A stretch of DNA of 64,000 bases from an uncultured delta proteobacterium (GTDB lineage Bacteria > Myxococcota_A > Polyangia > Polyangiales > Houyiibacteriaceae), in the NCBI GenBank assembly GCA_963704865.1, contig CAVPIE010000015.1, positions 95,669 to 159,668 on the forward strand, read 5' to 3'. The position numbers and the translations under genes are program-made. Under the pieces are notes generated by a model. The model was not told the DNA's origin, made no database searches, and worked only from the letters and a program-made list of their open reading frames with translations. Shown here piece after piece: positions 37,894 to 46,200 of the stretch; the stretch's first letter is position 1; each line of letters begins with the position of its first letter.

Positions 37894-38637
37894 TTAGAGC
37901 ACGTTGGCGAAGAATTCCCGAATCTTCGTTGAATGTAAGCGCATGATGTACCGATCGAGGATGGGGACGACCGCTTCGATCATGAGGGCGACCTTTTCCG
38001 GCGGGAGCTCCGAAAGCCGCGAGGAGACCAAGCGCACCTCTTCGTTCAACAGCGTCGTGATGGCGTCTTGGTAGAGCGCCATGTCCTCCACGCGGAAGCC
38101 GAGGTCCGGCGTGAAGCCCATCGAGCGGATCTTGCCGAAGACTTCGAACACCCAAACGTCAGCCGCCGCGATTCGGAGCGCACCGTTCGAGTGCGCGCCG
38201 CCGACCAAGCCGAGCTCGAAGGCGCGTTCGACGTCCTCGGGGTCCACGCCCGTGTCTTCGGCGATTTCGCGGGGGGTGAGGGTGGGGCTGCGATCCTCGC
38301 TGGTCTTCAGCGATTCGGCGAGGCGCTCTTTGACACCGGCCAGAAACGCATGCTGGCGCGGCGAAAACACACCGTCCTCACCGTCGAACAGCGCTTTGAT
38401 TGCCTTCAAGGGAAGGAATCGCTCGTGTTGGAGCTTCTTGACCAGGTGGAGCCGCTCCAGGTGCTCTTCGCTGTACCAAGCCATGTTCCGGCCTGTCTTG
38501 CGTCCTGGTGGGAGGAGCCCCTGTTGAATGTAGAAGTGGATCGCCTGGCGGGGCAGGCCGGTCGCCTCGCAGAGATCCTTCATGCGATAGATCCACCGCG
38601 CTTCGTCGACGTCGATGGCTTCGGAGCTCGCCGTCAT
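37894..38637 (-). CDS. MerR-family transcriptional regulator with ~170-aa C-terminal domain
   Basis: IYRMKDLCEATGLPRQAIHFYIQQGLLPPGRKTGRNMAWYSEEHLERLHLVKKLQ is a MerR HTH. The ATG overlaps the stop of the upstream reductase gene (ATGA). Confidence 0.8.
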   Translation of the reverse strand: MTASSEAIDVDEARWIYRMKDLCEATGLPRQAIHFYIQQGLLPPGRKTGRNMAWYSEEHLERLHLVKKLQHERFLPLKAIKALFDGEDGVFSPRQHAFLAGVKERLAESLKTSEDRSPTLTPREIAEDTGVDPEDVERAFELGLVGGAHSNGALRIAAADVWVFEVFGKIRSMGFTPDLGFRVEDMALYQDAITTLLNEEVRLVSSRLSELPPEKVALMIEAVVPILDRYIMRLHSTKIREFFANVL

Positions 38638-40046
38638 GCACGCTCCACTTCGATCTGGCATTGGGTCAGCGGGCGGCCGACGCAGGTCAAGACGTAGCCT
38701 TGTTCCCGCTCGCCACGGCTGAGGCAGTTGGGCTCTTCCATCTGGATGTCGCCTTCCAGCCGGCGAACGCGGCAGGCTCCGCAACCACCCATGGCGCATG
38801 AAAACGGCATGTCGATTCCGGCGGCCAGCGCCGCTTCGAGAATGCTTTGGCCCGGCGCGACTTGAATGCCGTGCTCGTGACCACCTCTGGAGACCCGAAC
38901 GAGCTCGGTCTTGTCGCTGCCGGCATTGCGGGAACGAGCTTCGGGGCTGGTGAAACGTTCTTCGGCGATTCGGCTGGCGTCTACCCCACGCCGTTGAAGC
39001 GCTTCGTGCGTCTGTTCCATCATGGGCGTCGGCCCACATACGAAGTACCGCAGCATACCGTCGTCGATGACGCCTAGCGCTTGGAGGCGAGATTCGAGGA
39101 CCTCGCTCCCCAAAAGCCCCTGCTCTCCGGACCACCATTCGGGCGGATGCTCGAGAACGTGATCGACGACCAATCGATCTCCAAACTCGCGGCAAAGCGC
39201 CTCGAGTCGGTCCCGAAAGATCACGTCATCCCAGCCGCGGTTGCCATAGATCAAGGTCACACGGCTGCCGGCCTCCACGCGCAGGACGGTTTCGAGGATA
39301 CTCATGATGGGAGTGATCCCGCTCCCGCCGGCGACCATGACCAAGCTTCGTTCGTTCACCGAACGGGGCTCAACGGTGAAGCTACCGGAGGGACCGAGAA
39401 CGGCGAGCTGGTCGCCGATCTGAATCGTATCGTTCAAGTGGTTGCTGACCCGTCCATCTTCGATGCGCTTCACGGTGATGTGCCGAGGAACGTCGGGCAG
39501 ACAGGCGCTCGCCAAGGAGTAGGCGCGTCGAAGGCGCTCCCCATCGAGGACTACGTCGACGCTGAGGAACTGGCCCGGCCTGAACCCCAATGCCGATCCA
39601 TCCGCCTCGGTCAAATAGATCGAAACCGCGTCATTGGTTTCGCGAACGACATCGACCACTTCGAGCGGCCTTGCCATGTTCGGCGACTTGCGCGGCAGCG
39701 ATACCACGGAACCGGCGGAGGGCCGCGGACGCTCGATTACCGGGGGAGGGGTCTTCCCCAGGATCAGGCGGTCGCGAAGCATCCGCACGTCACGCTGCGC
39801 GGCGCGAACTCGTTCTGCGACCCGGCGCGGAAGTAGATTCAAGGGATCGACTTCGCCGAGTGGTGTCGGAGATTCGACCTCGTTGACCAGCGGTGTCGGT
39901 GATCGGCCGCTCGCCCGGTCCATGATCATCGTCGCGTCGAGACGAGCCTGTTCGATCCACGGCGTGAATCCACTTGGCAGTGCGCGTGCCGCAAGCGACA
40001 ACGCTGCATCAAAGCGGCCCCCGCGGCGGCGTTGGTTGCCCTCCAT
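38634..40046 (-). CDS. Ferredoxin-NAD(P)H reductase-type oxidoreductase (FAD/NAD-binding + C-terminal 2Fe-2S ferredoxin) with ~120-aa N-terminal extension
   Basis: RAYSLAS FAD motif, MVAGGSGITP NAD motif, and the C-terminal CAMGGCGAC..C plant-type 2Fe-2S cluster motif. I chose ATG 40046; the ORF track starts at TTG 40082. Confidence 0.75.
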   Translation of the reverse strand: MEGNQRRRGGRFDAALSLAARALPSGFTPWIEQARLDATMIMDRASGRSPTPLVNEVESPTPLGEVDPLNLLPRRVAERVRAAQRDVRMLRDRLILGKTPPPVIERPRPSAGSVVSLPRKSPNMARPLEVVDVVRETNDAVSIYLTEADGSALGFRPGQFLSVDVVLDGERLRRAYSLASACLPDVPRHITVKRIEDGRVSNHLNDTIQIGDQLAVLGPSGSFTVEPRSVNERSLVMVAGGSGITPIMSILETVLRVEAGSRVTLIYGNRGWDDVIFRDRLEALCREFGDRLVVDHVLEHPPEWWSGEQGLLGSEVLESRLQALGVIDDGMLRYFVCGPTPMMEQTHEALQRRGVDASRIAEERFTSPEARSRNAGSDKTELVRVSRGGHEHGIQVAPGQSILEAALAAGIDMPFSCAMGGCGACRVRRLEGDIQMEEPNCLSRGEREQGYVLTCVGRPLTQCQIEVERA

Positions 40047-40077
40047 GAAAAGCAGAGTGCCCGGGCAGCGGCGAAGT

Positions 40078-40101
40078 GTCAAGTGTGACTAGACACTTGA
40101 C
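40078..40101. promoter_or_regulatory. Perfect 9-bp inverted repeat GTCAAGTGT-N6-ACACTTGAC in the divergent intergenic region (candidate MerR-family operator)
   Basis: Read directly. It is flanked by further AGTGT pentamers at 40075 and 40106. It lies ~32 nt upstream of both divergent start codons (40046 and 40132). Confidence 0.45.
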
Positions 40102-40131
40102 TTACAGTGTAGGCTAGAGTGAGCAAAACCA

Positions 40132-40965
40132 ATGGTTTCGCCTCCCCTCATCACGGCCTCGGAGGCCATTTCGTTGCGGAGCGGCGCGGTTTTTCTCGAC
40201 GCTCGCGCCGGACCCGGGACGACCGAGGCCTATGAAACCGCCCATCTGCCAGGCGCCGTTCGCGTCGATCTCGAATCCCATCTTTCGACCCCCGCAGACC
40301 CGGCGGCCGGAGGCCGGCACCCCCTACCGCCCCTCGAGGTCTGGCTTTCCCGTCTCGGAGACTGGGGCGTTACGCCATCGCATCAGGTCATCGTCTACGA
40401 CGACGCGGGCGGCGGGATGGCGGCCGCTCGCGCCTGGTGGATGCTGCGAGCGGTTGGCCACCGGCGCCTTGCCGTGGTCGACGGTGGTTGGCGAGCGCTG
40501 CGCCAGCTTCATGCGCCCACGGAAGCCGGTGACTCAGGTACCCGCTCCGTCGGCTCGTATCCGAGCACGGTCGATCGTTGGCCGACCGTCGATGCCGGGT
40601 TTGTCGAACGCGTTCGCAGCGATCCGAGTTGGCGTCTAATCGATGCCCGCGCTCCCGAGAGATACGACGGCACGACCGAGCCTCTCGATCCGGTAGCGGG
40701 ACACATTCCAGGGGCGCGCAACCTGTACTGGCAGTCGCAACTCGACAGCAGCAGTTCGTTCGATTCGGTCGATACGCTTCGCGGCCGATTCGCCGAGATC
40801 CTCGGGGACGTGCCGCCCGAGCAGATGGTTTGCTACTGCGGTTCCGGCGTCACCGCGTGCCACCTCCTGTTGGCCATGGAAGCTTGCGGGCTTCGTGGTG
40901 CGCAGCTCTACGTTGGCTCTTGGAGCGAGTGGTGCCGTCAGAATCGCCCCCGCGCGTCGGGCTGA
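40132..40965 (+). CDS. sseA: Tandem-rhodanese sulfurtransferase (thiosulfate/3-mercaptopyruvate)
   Basis: Two rhodanese domains. Active-site loop CYCGSGVTACH. The C-terminus ends in YVGSWSEW. Confidence 0.85.
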   Translation: MVSPPLITASEAISLRSGAVFLDARAGPGTTEAYETAHLPGAVRVDLESHLSTPADPAAGGRHPLPPLEVWLSRLGDWGVTPSHQVIVYDDAGGGMAAARAWWMLRAVGHRRLAVVDGGWRALRQLHAPTEAGDSGTRSVGSYPSTVDRWPTVDAGFVERVRSDPSWRLIDARAPERYDGTTEPLDPVAGHIPGARNLYWQSQLDSSSSFDSVDTLRGRFAEILGDVPPEQMVCYCGSGVTACHLLLAMEACGLRGAQLYVGSWSEWCRQNRPRASG

Positions 40966-41011
40966 GTTGGGCAGTCGCACAAACCCCCCGAGATGCTATT
41001 GGACGCTCGCC

Positions 41012-41812
41012 ATGACCGCGGTTTGCGAATTCCCGCTCACCTTGCCTCGCAACGCTTTCACGTCGCGTGAGACTCCCCGTGCGGGCGATATTTGGCGGCT
41101 CTGTCAGGACGTCGCGACGCTTGCCTCGATCCAGGCAGGTTGGCCGCCTTCGCGTTTCCGCGTCGAGAATGTGGCATTCGTCGTTTACAAGATGACCCTT
41201 CTGCACGATGCCGAATCGGCTTACGGCGCCCCGCTGAACGCCCAAACCTGGGTGTCACGCCTGCGACGCCGCACGCTTTGCACGCGTGAGGTGCGGGTTC
41301 GAAGCGGTGGGCAACGAATTGCCGCCGCGACCCAGGAGTGGGTCCATGTCGATTTCGAGACGCTCAAGCCGAGGCAGGGCTCGATCGAAGCGGCTTCGGC
41401 GTTTGCTGAAATCGAGGTCGAGCCCTCGGTTGCGATGCCTTCGTTCGACGCACTTCCTGGCGCAGAAGACGACTTTCAATTCGACATGTGGCAGACTTGG
41501 TCCGACCCGTTGGCGCACGCCAATCACCCTGCATACATCGACTGGTGCGACGAGGCGACCAGCCGGAGGATGCTCGCGGCCGGGCTCGACCCCGTGTTGC
41601 TGCGGCCCATCGCCGAGCAAGTCACCTTTCGCAGCGCCGTCTTGCCGGGCGAGCGTGTGACGGTCCGAAGCAAACGCGTCGGTCGAATCGGCACCGATGC
41701 GGTCGTGCTGAAGCACCACCTGGAAACGGAACGGGGACCTGCGGCCGATGCAACCAGCGTGCGTGGTCTCGGACGGCTTGGTGGCGAGGCCCTCGTGGCA
41801 GCCTGGGATTGA
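41012..41812 (+). CDS. Tandem hotdog-fold acyl-ACP/acyl-CoA thioesterase-like protein
   Basis: ~266 aa with two ~120-aa halves showing a hotdog-like pattern (..DIWRLCQDVA..VYKMTLLH.. and ..ANHPAYIDWCDEA..). Family assignment by eye only. Confidence 0.45.
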   Translation: MTAVCEFPLTLPRNAFTSRETPRAGDIWRLCQDVATLASIQAGWPPSRFRVENVAFVVYKMTLLHDAESAYGAPLNAQTWVSRLRRRTLCTREVRVRSGGQRIAAATQEWVHVDFETLKPRQGSIEAASAFAEIEVEPSVAMPSFDALPGAEDDFQFDMWQTWSDPLAHANHPAYIDWCDEATSRRMLAAGLDPVLLRPIAEQVTFRSAVLPGERVTVRSKRVGRIGTDAVVLKHHLETERGPAADATSVRGLGRLGGEALVAAWD

Positions 41813-41815
41813 GCG

Positions 41816-42670
41816 ATGCGACCCGGCTTACCAAGTGGGACCTCGCTCTTGGTTTCCTTCGCGCGCGGACTGGGTGTAGACGAGCAACCGATCGACCCGC
41901 TTGCGTCCCAGCTTCTGCCTCCTGTGCTCGCACAACTTGCTGCTGCGCCTCGGCACCTCGGAAAGGCCGCTCGGCCGTACCGGGCTGCGGTGCGTGCAAC
42001 GACCTTCGGGCTGATCGATCACATGGTGTTGAGGACCCAAGCGATCGATGCACATCTGGCTTCCGCCCTGCAAACCGGCATCGACCAGCTCGTGATTCTC
42101 GGAGCCGGGCTCGACGCGCGAGCCTGGCGAATCGAAGCCTTGAAGGATGCGACCGTCTTCGAGGTGGATCACCCGGCGACGCAACGATACAAACGAAAGC
42201 GGATGTCGCGGAAGCGCCCGCCAGCGGACATTCGCTATGTGTCGGTCGATTTCGAGAAGGAGCGATTCGCAGACGCCCTCGAAGGAGCGGGGTTTCGCCC
42301 CGGCGCGCCGAGCGCGTGGATCTGGGAGGGTGTCGCGATGTATCTGCCCATGGCTGCGGTTCATGACACCTTGGCGCAGCTGACGTCACTTGCGGCCGTG
42401 GGGAGCGAGCTCGCCATGACCTATCGCGTCCCCGACCTGCTTCCGTATGGGAGGTTGGGGCGTGTCGCGATCCCCGCGGTGTTCGCCGCTGCCGGCGAGC
42501 CGCTCAAGGCGACCCTCCAGCCCCATGAGCTCGCATCGGCCGTCGCCCCCGATTGGGAGGTAACCTTCGATGAGAACTCGCGCGGATGGCGAACACTAAC
42601 GGGCTCGACCGCGAATGCTTCCCGTAGCTTTTTGTCTGAGCGGCTCGCGGTCGTGCAGAGGCGGGGCTGA
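41816..42670 (+). CDS. Class I SAM-dependent methyltransferase (LCM / TIGR00027-like O-methyltransferase)
   Basis: IDQLVILGAGLDARAWR, VFEVDHPATQ and WIWEGVAMYL motifs. Confidence 0.7.
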   Translation: MRPGLPSGTSLLVSFARGLGVDEQPIDPLASQLLPPVLAQLAAAPRHLGKAARPYRAAVRATTFGLIDHMVLRTQAIDAHLASALQTGIDQLVILGAGLDARAWRIEALKDATVFEVDHPATQRYKRKRMSRKRPPADIRYVSVDFEKERFADALEGAGFRPGAPSAWIWEGVAMYLPMAAVHDTLAQLTSLAAVGSELAMTYRVPDLLPYGRLGRVAIPAVFAAAGEPLKATLQPHELASAVAPDWEVTFDENSRGWRTLTGSTANASRSFLSERLAVVQRRG

Positions 42671-42673
42671 GCG

Positions 42674-43471
42674 ATGTGTACGATCATCGTTCGCCACGGG
42701 ATGGATGACTTCTGTTCGACGATCATTGCCTCGAATCGGGACGAGTTCTATGACCGCGCGGCATCCGGTCCCCGGGTGCTGCGCGTCGACCCGCTCGTGG
42801 TCGGAGGGCGCGACGAGCGTGAAGGCGGGACGTGGTTCGGGCTCAGTCGGGATGGCCTTTTCGTGGGGCTCACCAATCAACGAAGCTTCGGCTCGCGAGA
42901 CGACACACTTCGCTCGCGAGGCGGGCTCGTGGTCGATGCGCTTGCGGAAGGGTCGCTCGAAGGCGTCGAGCGTTATCTCAGACGCGTCGATCCCGCAGCC
43001 TACAACGAGTTCAACCTGATCTTCGGCGACGGCGAAGCGCTGCGCGCCGCGTACGCGAGGAGGGACGCGCGGGAAGTCGAGATCGAAACACTTCCGAACG
43101 GTGTCCATGTCCTTTGTAATGATCGACTTGGCTCCCCGGAGTTTCCGAAGGCCGAGAAGGCACGGGCGCGCGTCTTGGCGGTGCCTCCCGAGACGTGGCC
43201 ACGAATGAAACGGCAACTCGTGGACGTTCTCTCGGATGGGTCATTGCCGGACCCTTCGGAAGTGCCTCCAATTCCGCCAAACGCGCCTTTCGACCAAGAA
43301 GTCGCGCGCTACCTTCAAGCGATCTGCGTCAAGACCCCGGTGTACGGCACGGTCTCGTCCACGATAGCCGCGGTGAGCCCCGGGCGTGTCGAGCAGTATT
43401 GGTTTTCGAACGGCCCGCCATCCGAGACGAGCTTCGAAGACGTACTTCGACTCACCCAAGCGCCTGAATGA
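42674..43471 (+). CDS. NRDE-family protein (TANGO2 homologue)
   Basis: N-terminal MCTI.. and IIASNRDEFYDR (NRDE motif). Size ~265 aa. Confidence 0.8.
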   Translation: MCTIIVRHGMDDFCSTIIASNRDEFYDRAASGPRVLRVDPLVVGGRDEREGGTWFGLSRDGLFVGLTNQRSFGSRDDTLRSRGGLVVDALAEGSLEGVERYLRRVDPAAYNEFNLIFGDGEALRAAYARRDAREVEIETLPNGVHVLCNDRLGSPEFPKAEKARARVLAVPPETWPRMKRQLVDVLSDGSLPDPSEVPPIPPNAPFDQEVARYLQAICVKTPVYGTVSSTIAAVSPGRVEQYWFSNGPPSETSFEDVLRLTQAPE

Positions 43472-43505
43472 AGCGAAGGGCGGCCGCAGGGGGGTGGGGG
43501 GGCGA

Positions 43506-43650
43506 GGGTTGGGTTGGGTGCGTGGTTTGGTTTAATTACACCGCCCGCCCACCCCCACCCGTAGTCCTCCCTGCCGCGCCTGGCGCTTCGCTTAGGCTTG
43601 GCGGCGCGTTCGCGCCGGGCTTCGCCCTTCGGGCTCGCGCTGCCGCCTGC
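43506..43650 (+). repeat. Dispersed GC-rich structured repeat, copy B, preceded by a G-tract (43489-43520)
   Basis: Hand alignment with copy C shows only a handful of mismatches across ~125 nt. It lies between the convergent 3' ends of the NRDE and peptidase genes. Confidence 0.85.
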
Positions 43651-43661
43651 TTCTGGGCTGC

Positions 43662-43709
43662 GCCAGTGCCAGCGCCAGTGCCAGTGCCAGTGCCAGCGCC
43701 AGCGTCAGC
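43662..43709. repeat. Hexanucleotide microsatellite (GCCAGY)x8
   Basis: Read directly: gccagt gccagc gccagt gccagt gccagt gccagc gccagc gtcagc. Confidence 0.9.
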
Positions 43710-43820
43710 GACCGGGCACCGCAAACCGCTCAGCCGGGTACGCAGCTGCCGCAGTTCTGTTCGTCGGTGTCGAAGTCGACGCTCAGATCAGCGCCAACAG
43801 GGCGGTGACCGCGAATCGTC

Positions 43821-44669
43821 TCATAGCGTCGCCTCGCCAAACGTATCACAGGCGTTCAGATTGCCGCTGGCGTACCCGCGCTTGAACCACTTCACGCGTT
43901 GCGCGGAGCTTCCGTGCGTGAACGACTCCGGCGTGACGTACCCTTGCGACTGCTTCTGTAGACGGTCGTCTCCGATCGCGCTCGCCGCGTTGAGCCCTTC
44001 CTCGATGTCCCCTTGTTCGAGCAGCGCGCGGGTCCGGTCAGCGTGGTGTGCCCAAATCCCGGCCAGGCAATCCGCCTGGAGCTCTTGACGAACGGACAGC
44101 TGATTGGCCTCCGCCTCGCTGAGTTGGGCTTTCCTGCGCTGCACCTGCTCGGAGATCCCAAGCAATGTTTGGACGTGATGCCCGACCTCGTGGGCGACCA
44201 CATACGCCTGCGCGAAGTCTCCGGGCGCTTGAAACCGATTCTGCAGGTCGGAGTAGAAGCTCAAGTCGATGTAGACCTTCTGATCGGCGGGGCAATAGAA
44301 GGGCCCCATCGCCGCTTGCGCGAACCCGCAGGCCGAGCGCACCGAGCCGCTGAAGAGCACCAAGCTCGGCTCCTGGTAGTTGTGCCCAGAGGCTTGGAAC
44401 ACCTCGTTCCAGGTGTCCTCGGTGTCCGCGAGGACGACTGCGACAAACTGCGCCTGCTCATCTTCGAGCTCGGTCCTTGCGGCGGACGGTGCTGGAGCGC
44501 TTTGCTGCGTCTGAACGATTTCCATCAGCGTGCGCGGATCGACACCCAAGAACAAGCCGACACCTACCAAGACCAGGAGCCCGATGCCTCCGCCAGCCAG
44601 CTTCGGCCCGGCGCGCACGCCGCGGCGATCCTCGACGTGCGCACTCTGCTTTCGACCTCTCCAGCGCAA
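43821..44669 (-). CDS. YpfJ-family neutral zinc metallopeptidase
   Basis: N-terminus MRWRGRKQSAHVEDRRG followed by a TM segment. HEVGHH zinc motif. C-terminal GDIEEG..SFTHGSSAQR. Confidence 0.8.
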   Translation of the reverse strand: MRWRGRKQSAHVEDRRGVRAGPKLAGGGIGLLVLVGVGLFLGVDPRTLMEIVQTQQSAPAPSAARTELEDEQAQFVAVVLADTEDTWNEVFQASGHNYQEPSLVLFSGSVRSACGFAQAAMGPFYCPADQKVYIDLSFYSDLQNRFQAPGDFAQAYVVAHEVGHHVQTLLGISEQVQRRKAQLSEAEANQLSVRQELQADCLAGIWAHHADRTRALLEQGDIEEGLNAASAIGDDRLQKQSQGYVTPESFTHGSSAQRVKWFKRGYASGNLNACDTFGEATL

Positions 44670-44696
44670 ATGAGCCTCTCAGGTCTCCGGTTCCGC

Positions 44697-44963
44697 TTAG
44701 AGCTCGTCTTCGACGCTTTGGCCGCCGCCTTGAAAGAACCCCGCGAGGTGCTGGGCCCGAACCGAGATCTCGCTCAGCTTTTGCGCCAGGGCCCCCCGGG
44801 TTTGGGGACCGACGTCGCCGTCGACGTCGACACCAGCGTCTTTTTGGAAGTCGCGAATCGCATTCCGCGTTCGCTTGCCCATCACTCCGTCGTGCGTTCC
44901 GGGCTTGTACCCGCAAATGTCGAGTGCCTCTTGCAATGCTGCGGTGTTGTCATCTGATGCCAT
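44697..44963 (-). CDS. Small peptidoglycan-binding-domain (PG_binding_1) protein
   Basis: LQEALDICGYKPGTHDGVMGKRTRNAIRDFQKDAGVDVDGDVGPQT. Confidence 0.65.
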   Translation of the reverse strand: MASDDNTAALQEALDICGYKPGTHDGVMGKRTRNAIRDFQKDAGVDVDGDVGPQTRGALAQKLSEISVRAQHLAGFFQGGGQSVEDEL

Positions 44964-44972
44964 GATTCACTC

Positions 44973-45434
44973 CTAGTTGAGACCCCAAGCCGCGGCCCAG
45001 GCCTTGGCGACCTCTCCAAACGCTTGAGGATCGCTCGCGCCAAGCTTCGTCGACACTTCAGCGTACTCCGCCTTCAGTGCCTTGAACTTCGCTTTCGTTT
45101 CGTCCGAGGCGCCTTGTCCTGCCGCCTTGGCGGCCTTGGATTTCGCGCGGAGGTCCGCGACGTCATACTTCTCGAGCATGCCGGTCAGGATTGCCGCTCC
45201 CGTTGCCGCATCGCCGGCTCCTTTTAGGGCGTTGACTCCTGCCCCGAAGACAGCAACGAGGTTTTCGGATGCACTTCCGCTGAGCGCAACCTCGGGGATC
45301 GCGGGTCCGGCTGGCGCGGTAGGCTCTGCTGCCTTGGGTTTGGGCGCGGGCGCGTCGGGCTGGGCTTCTTTCTTCTTGCACGCGGACGTCGAGGCCATCG
45401 CGAGGACGAGCAATGCAAGTGTGGTTTTCTTCAT
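44973..45434 (-). CDS. Hypothetical Ala/Lys-rich lipoprotein
   Basis: MKKTTLALLVLAMASTSAC signal/lipobox. No family recognised. Confidence 0.55.
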   Translation of the reverse strand: MKKTTLALLVLAMASTSACKKKEAQPDAPAPKPKAAEPTAPAGPAIPEVALSGSASENLVAVFGAGVNALKGAGDAATGAAILTGMLEKYDVADLRAKSKAAKAAGQGASDETKAKFKALKAEYAEVSTKLGASDPQAFGEVAKAWAAAWGLN

Positions 45435-45606
45435 GGACTCCCCTTTTCCAATGAGTGGGGCCGGAGCATACGGATGGGCTCTCATCGAGTGCAAGGCGTT
45501 TTTGCCTATTGGATCCCAATATGCCTGAAATTGCTTGCAAGAGTTCGCTGTTGTGTCCGTTTCCTAGAACGCGCATCATCACCCCTTCGCTCGAGAAGGA
45601 GACAGC

Positions 45607-46191
45607 ATGGACGATTTGATGGAGTCGATTGCGGCTCAACTCAGCGGCGCCCCAATGGAGCAGCTCAGCAACCAACTAGGAACCGACAGCCGCAGCACGC
45701 AGAACGCGGTGCAAGCGGCTCTGCCCTTGCTTCTGGGTGCACTCGCTAAGAACAGCGCGAATAGCGGTGGCGCCGAGGCACTGGCTGGTGCGCTCGATCG
45801 TGACCATGACGGAAGCATCCTGGACGACCTCGGGGCTTTCCTGGGCTCGGGCGCAAGCTCTGACGGCGCAGCGATCTTGGGTCACGTCCTCGGAAAGCGG
45901 GAGCCCGCCGTGGAGGCCGGGATCGGTAAGGCGACGGGGCTGCAGACCAATCAAATCGCACAGCTGCTGCAGATGCTTGCGCCGATTGTGCTCGGGTATC
46001 TCGGCCGCCAGAAGCAGCAACAGGGAATGGGCGCCGGCATGCTGGGGGAGCTTCTCGGCGCACAGTCTTCCCGGGCTCAGGCGCAGAATCCGGCGCTTGG
46101 CATGCTCGCATCGCTCCTCGACAAGGACGACGACGGCTCGATCGTCGACGAGCTCGGCGGCATGCTCGGTTCTCTTCTTTCGGGACGCTAA
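45607..46191 (+). CDS. DUF937-like protein
   Basis: Repeated DxDGSI(L/V)D(D/E)LG segments and the N-terminus ..NAVQAALPLLLGALAKNS are typical of DUF937. Confidence 0.55.
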   Translation: MDDLMESIAAQLSGAPMEQLSNQLGTDSRSTQNAVQAALPLLLGALAKNSANSGGAEALAGALDRDHDGSILDDLGAFLGSGASSDGAAILGHVLGKREPAVEAGIGKATGLQTNQIAQLLQMLAPIVLGYLGRQKQQQGMGAGMLGELLGAQSSRAQAQNPALGMLASLLDKDDDGSIVDELGGMLGSLLSGR

Positions 46192-46200
46192 CTCGCTCGA

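Noticed and set aside
40097-40120. TTGACT ... TAGAGT, which looks like a sigma-70 -35/-10 pair upstream of the rhodanese gene.
   Set aside because: The spacer is only 12 nt, incompatible with a standard sigma-70 promoter. The hexamers may be coincidental or part of the operator array.
43662-43709. Possible CRISPR array because of tandem repeats.
   Set aside because: The units are 6 nt with no spacers, and no cas genes are present. It is a microsatellite, not a CRISPR.
45509-45525. Sigma-54-like promoter TTGGATCCCAATATGCC (GG-N10-GC spacing) ~85 nt upstream of the DUF937-like gene.
   Set aside because: Only the GG/GC dinucleotides and the spacing fit. Flanking consensus bases (TGGCAC..TTGCW) are mostly mismatched, and no enhancer-binding protein gene is nearby. 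Too weak to call without 5'-end data.
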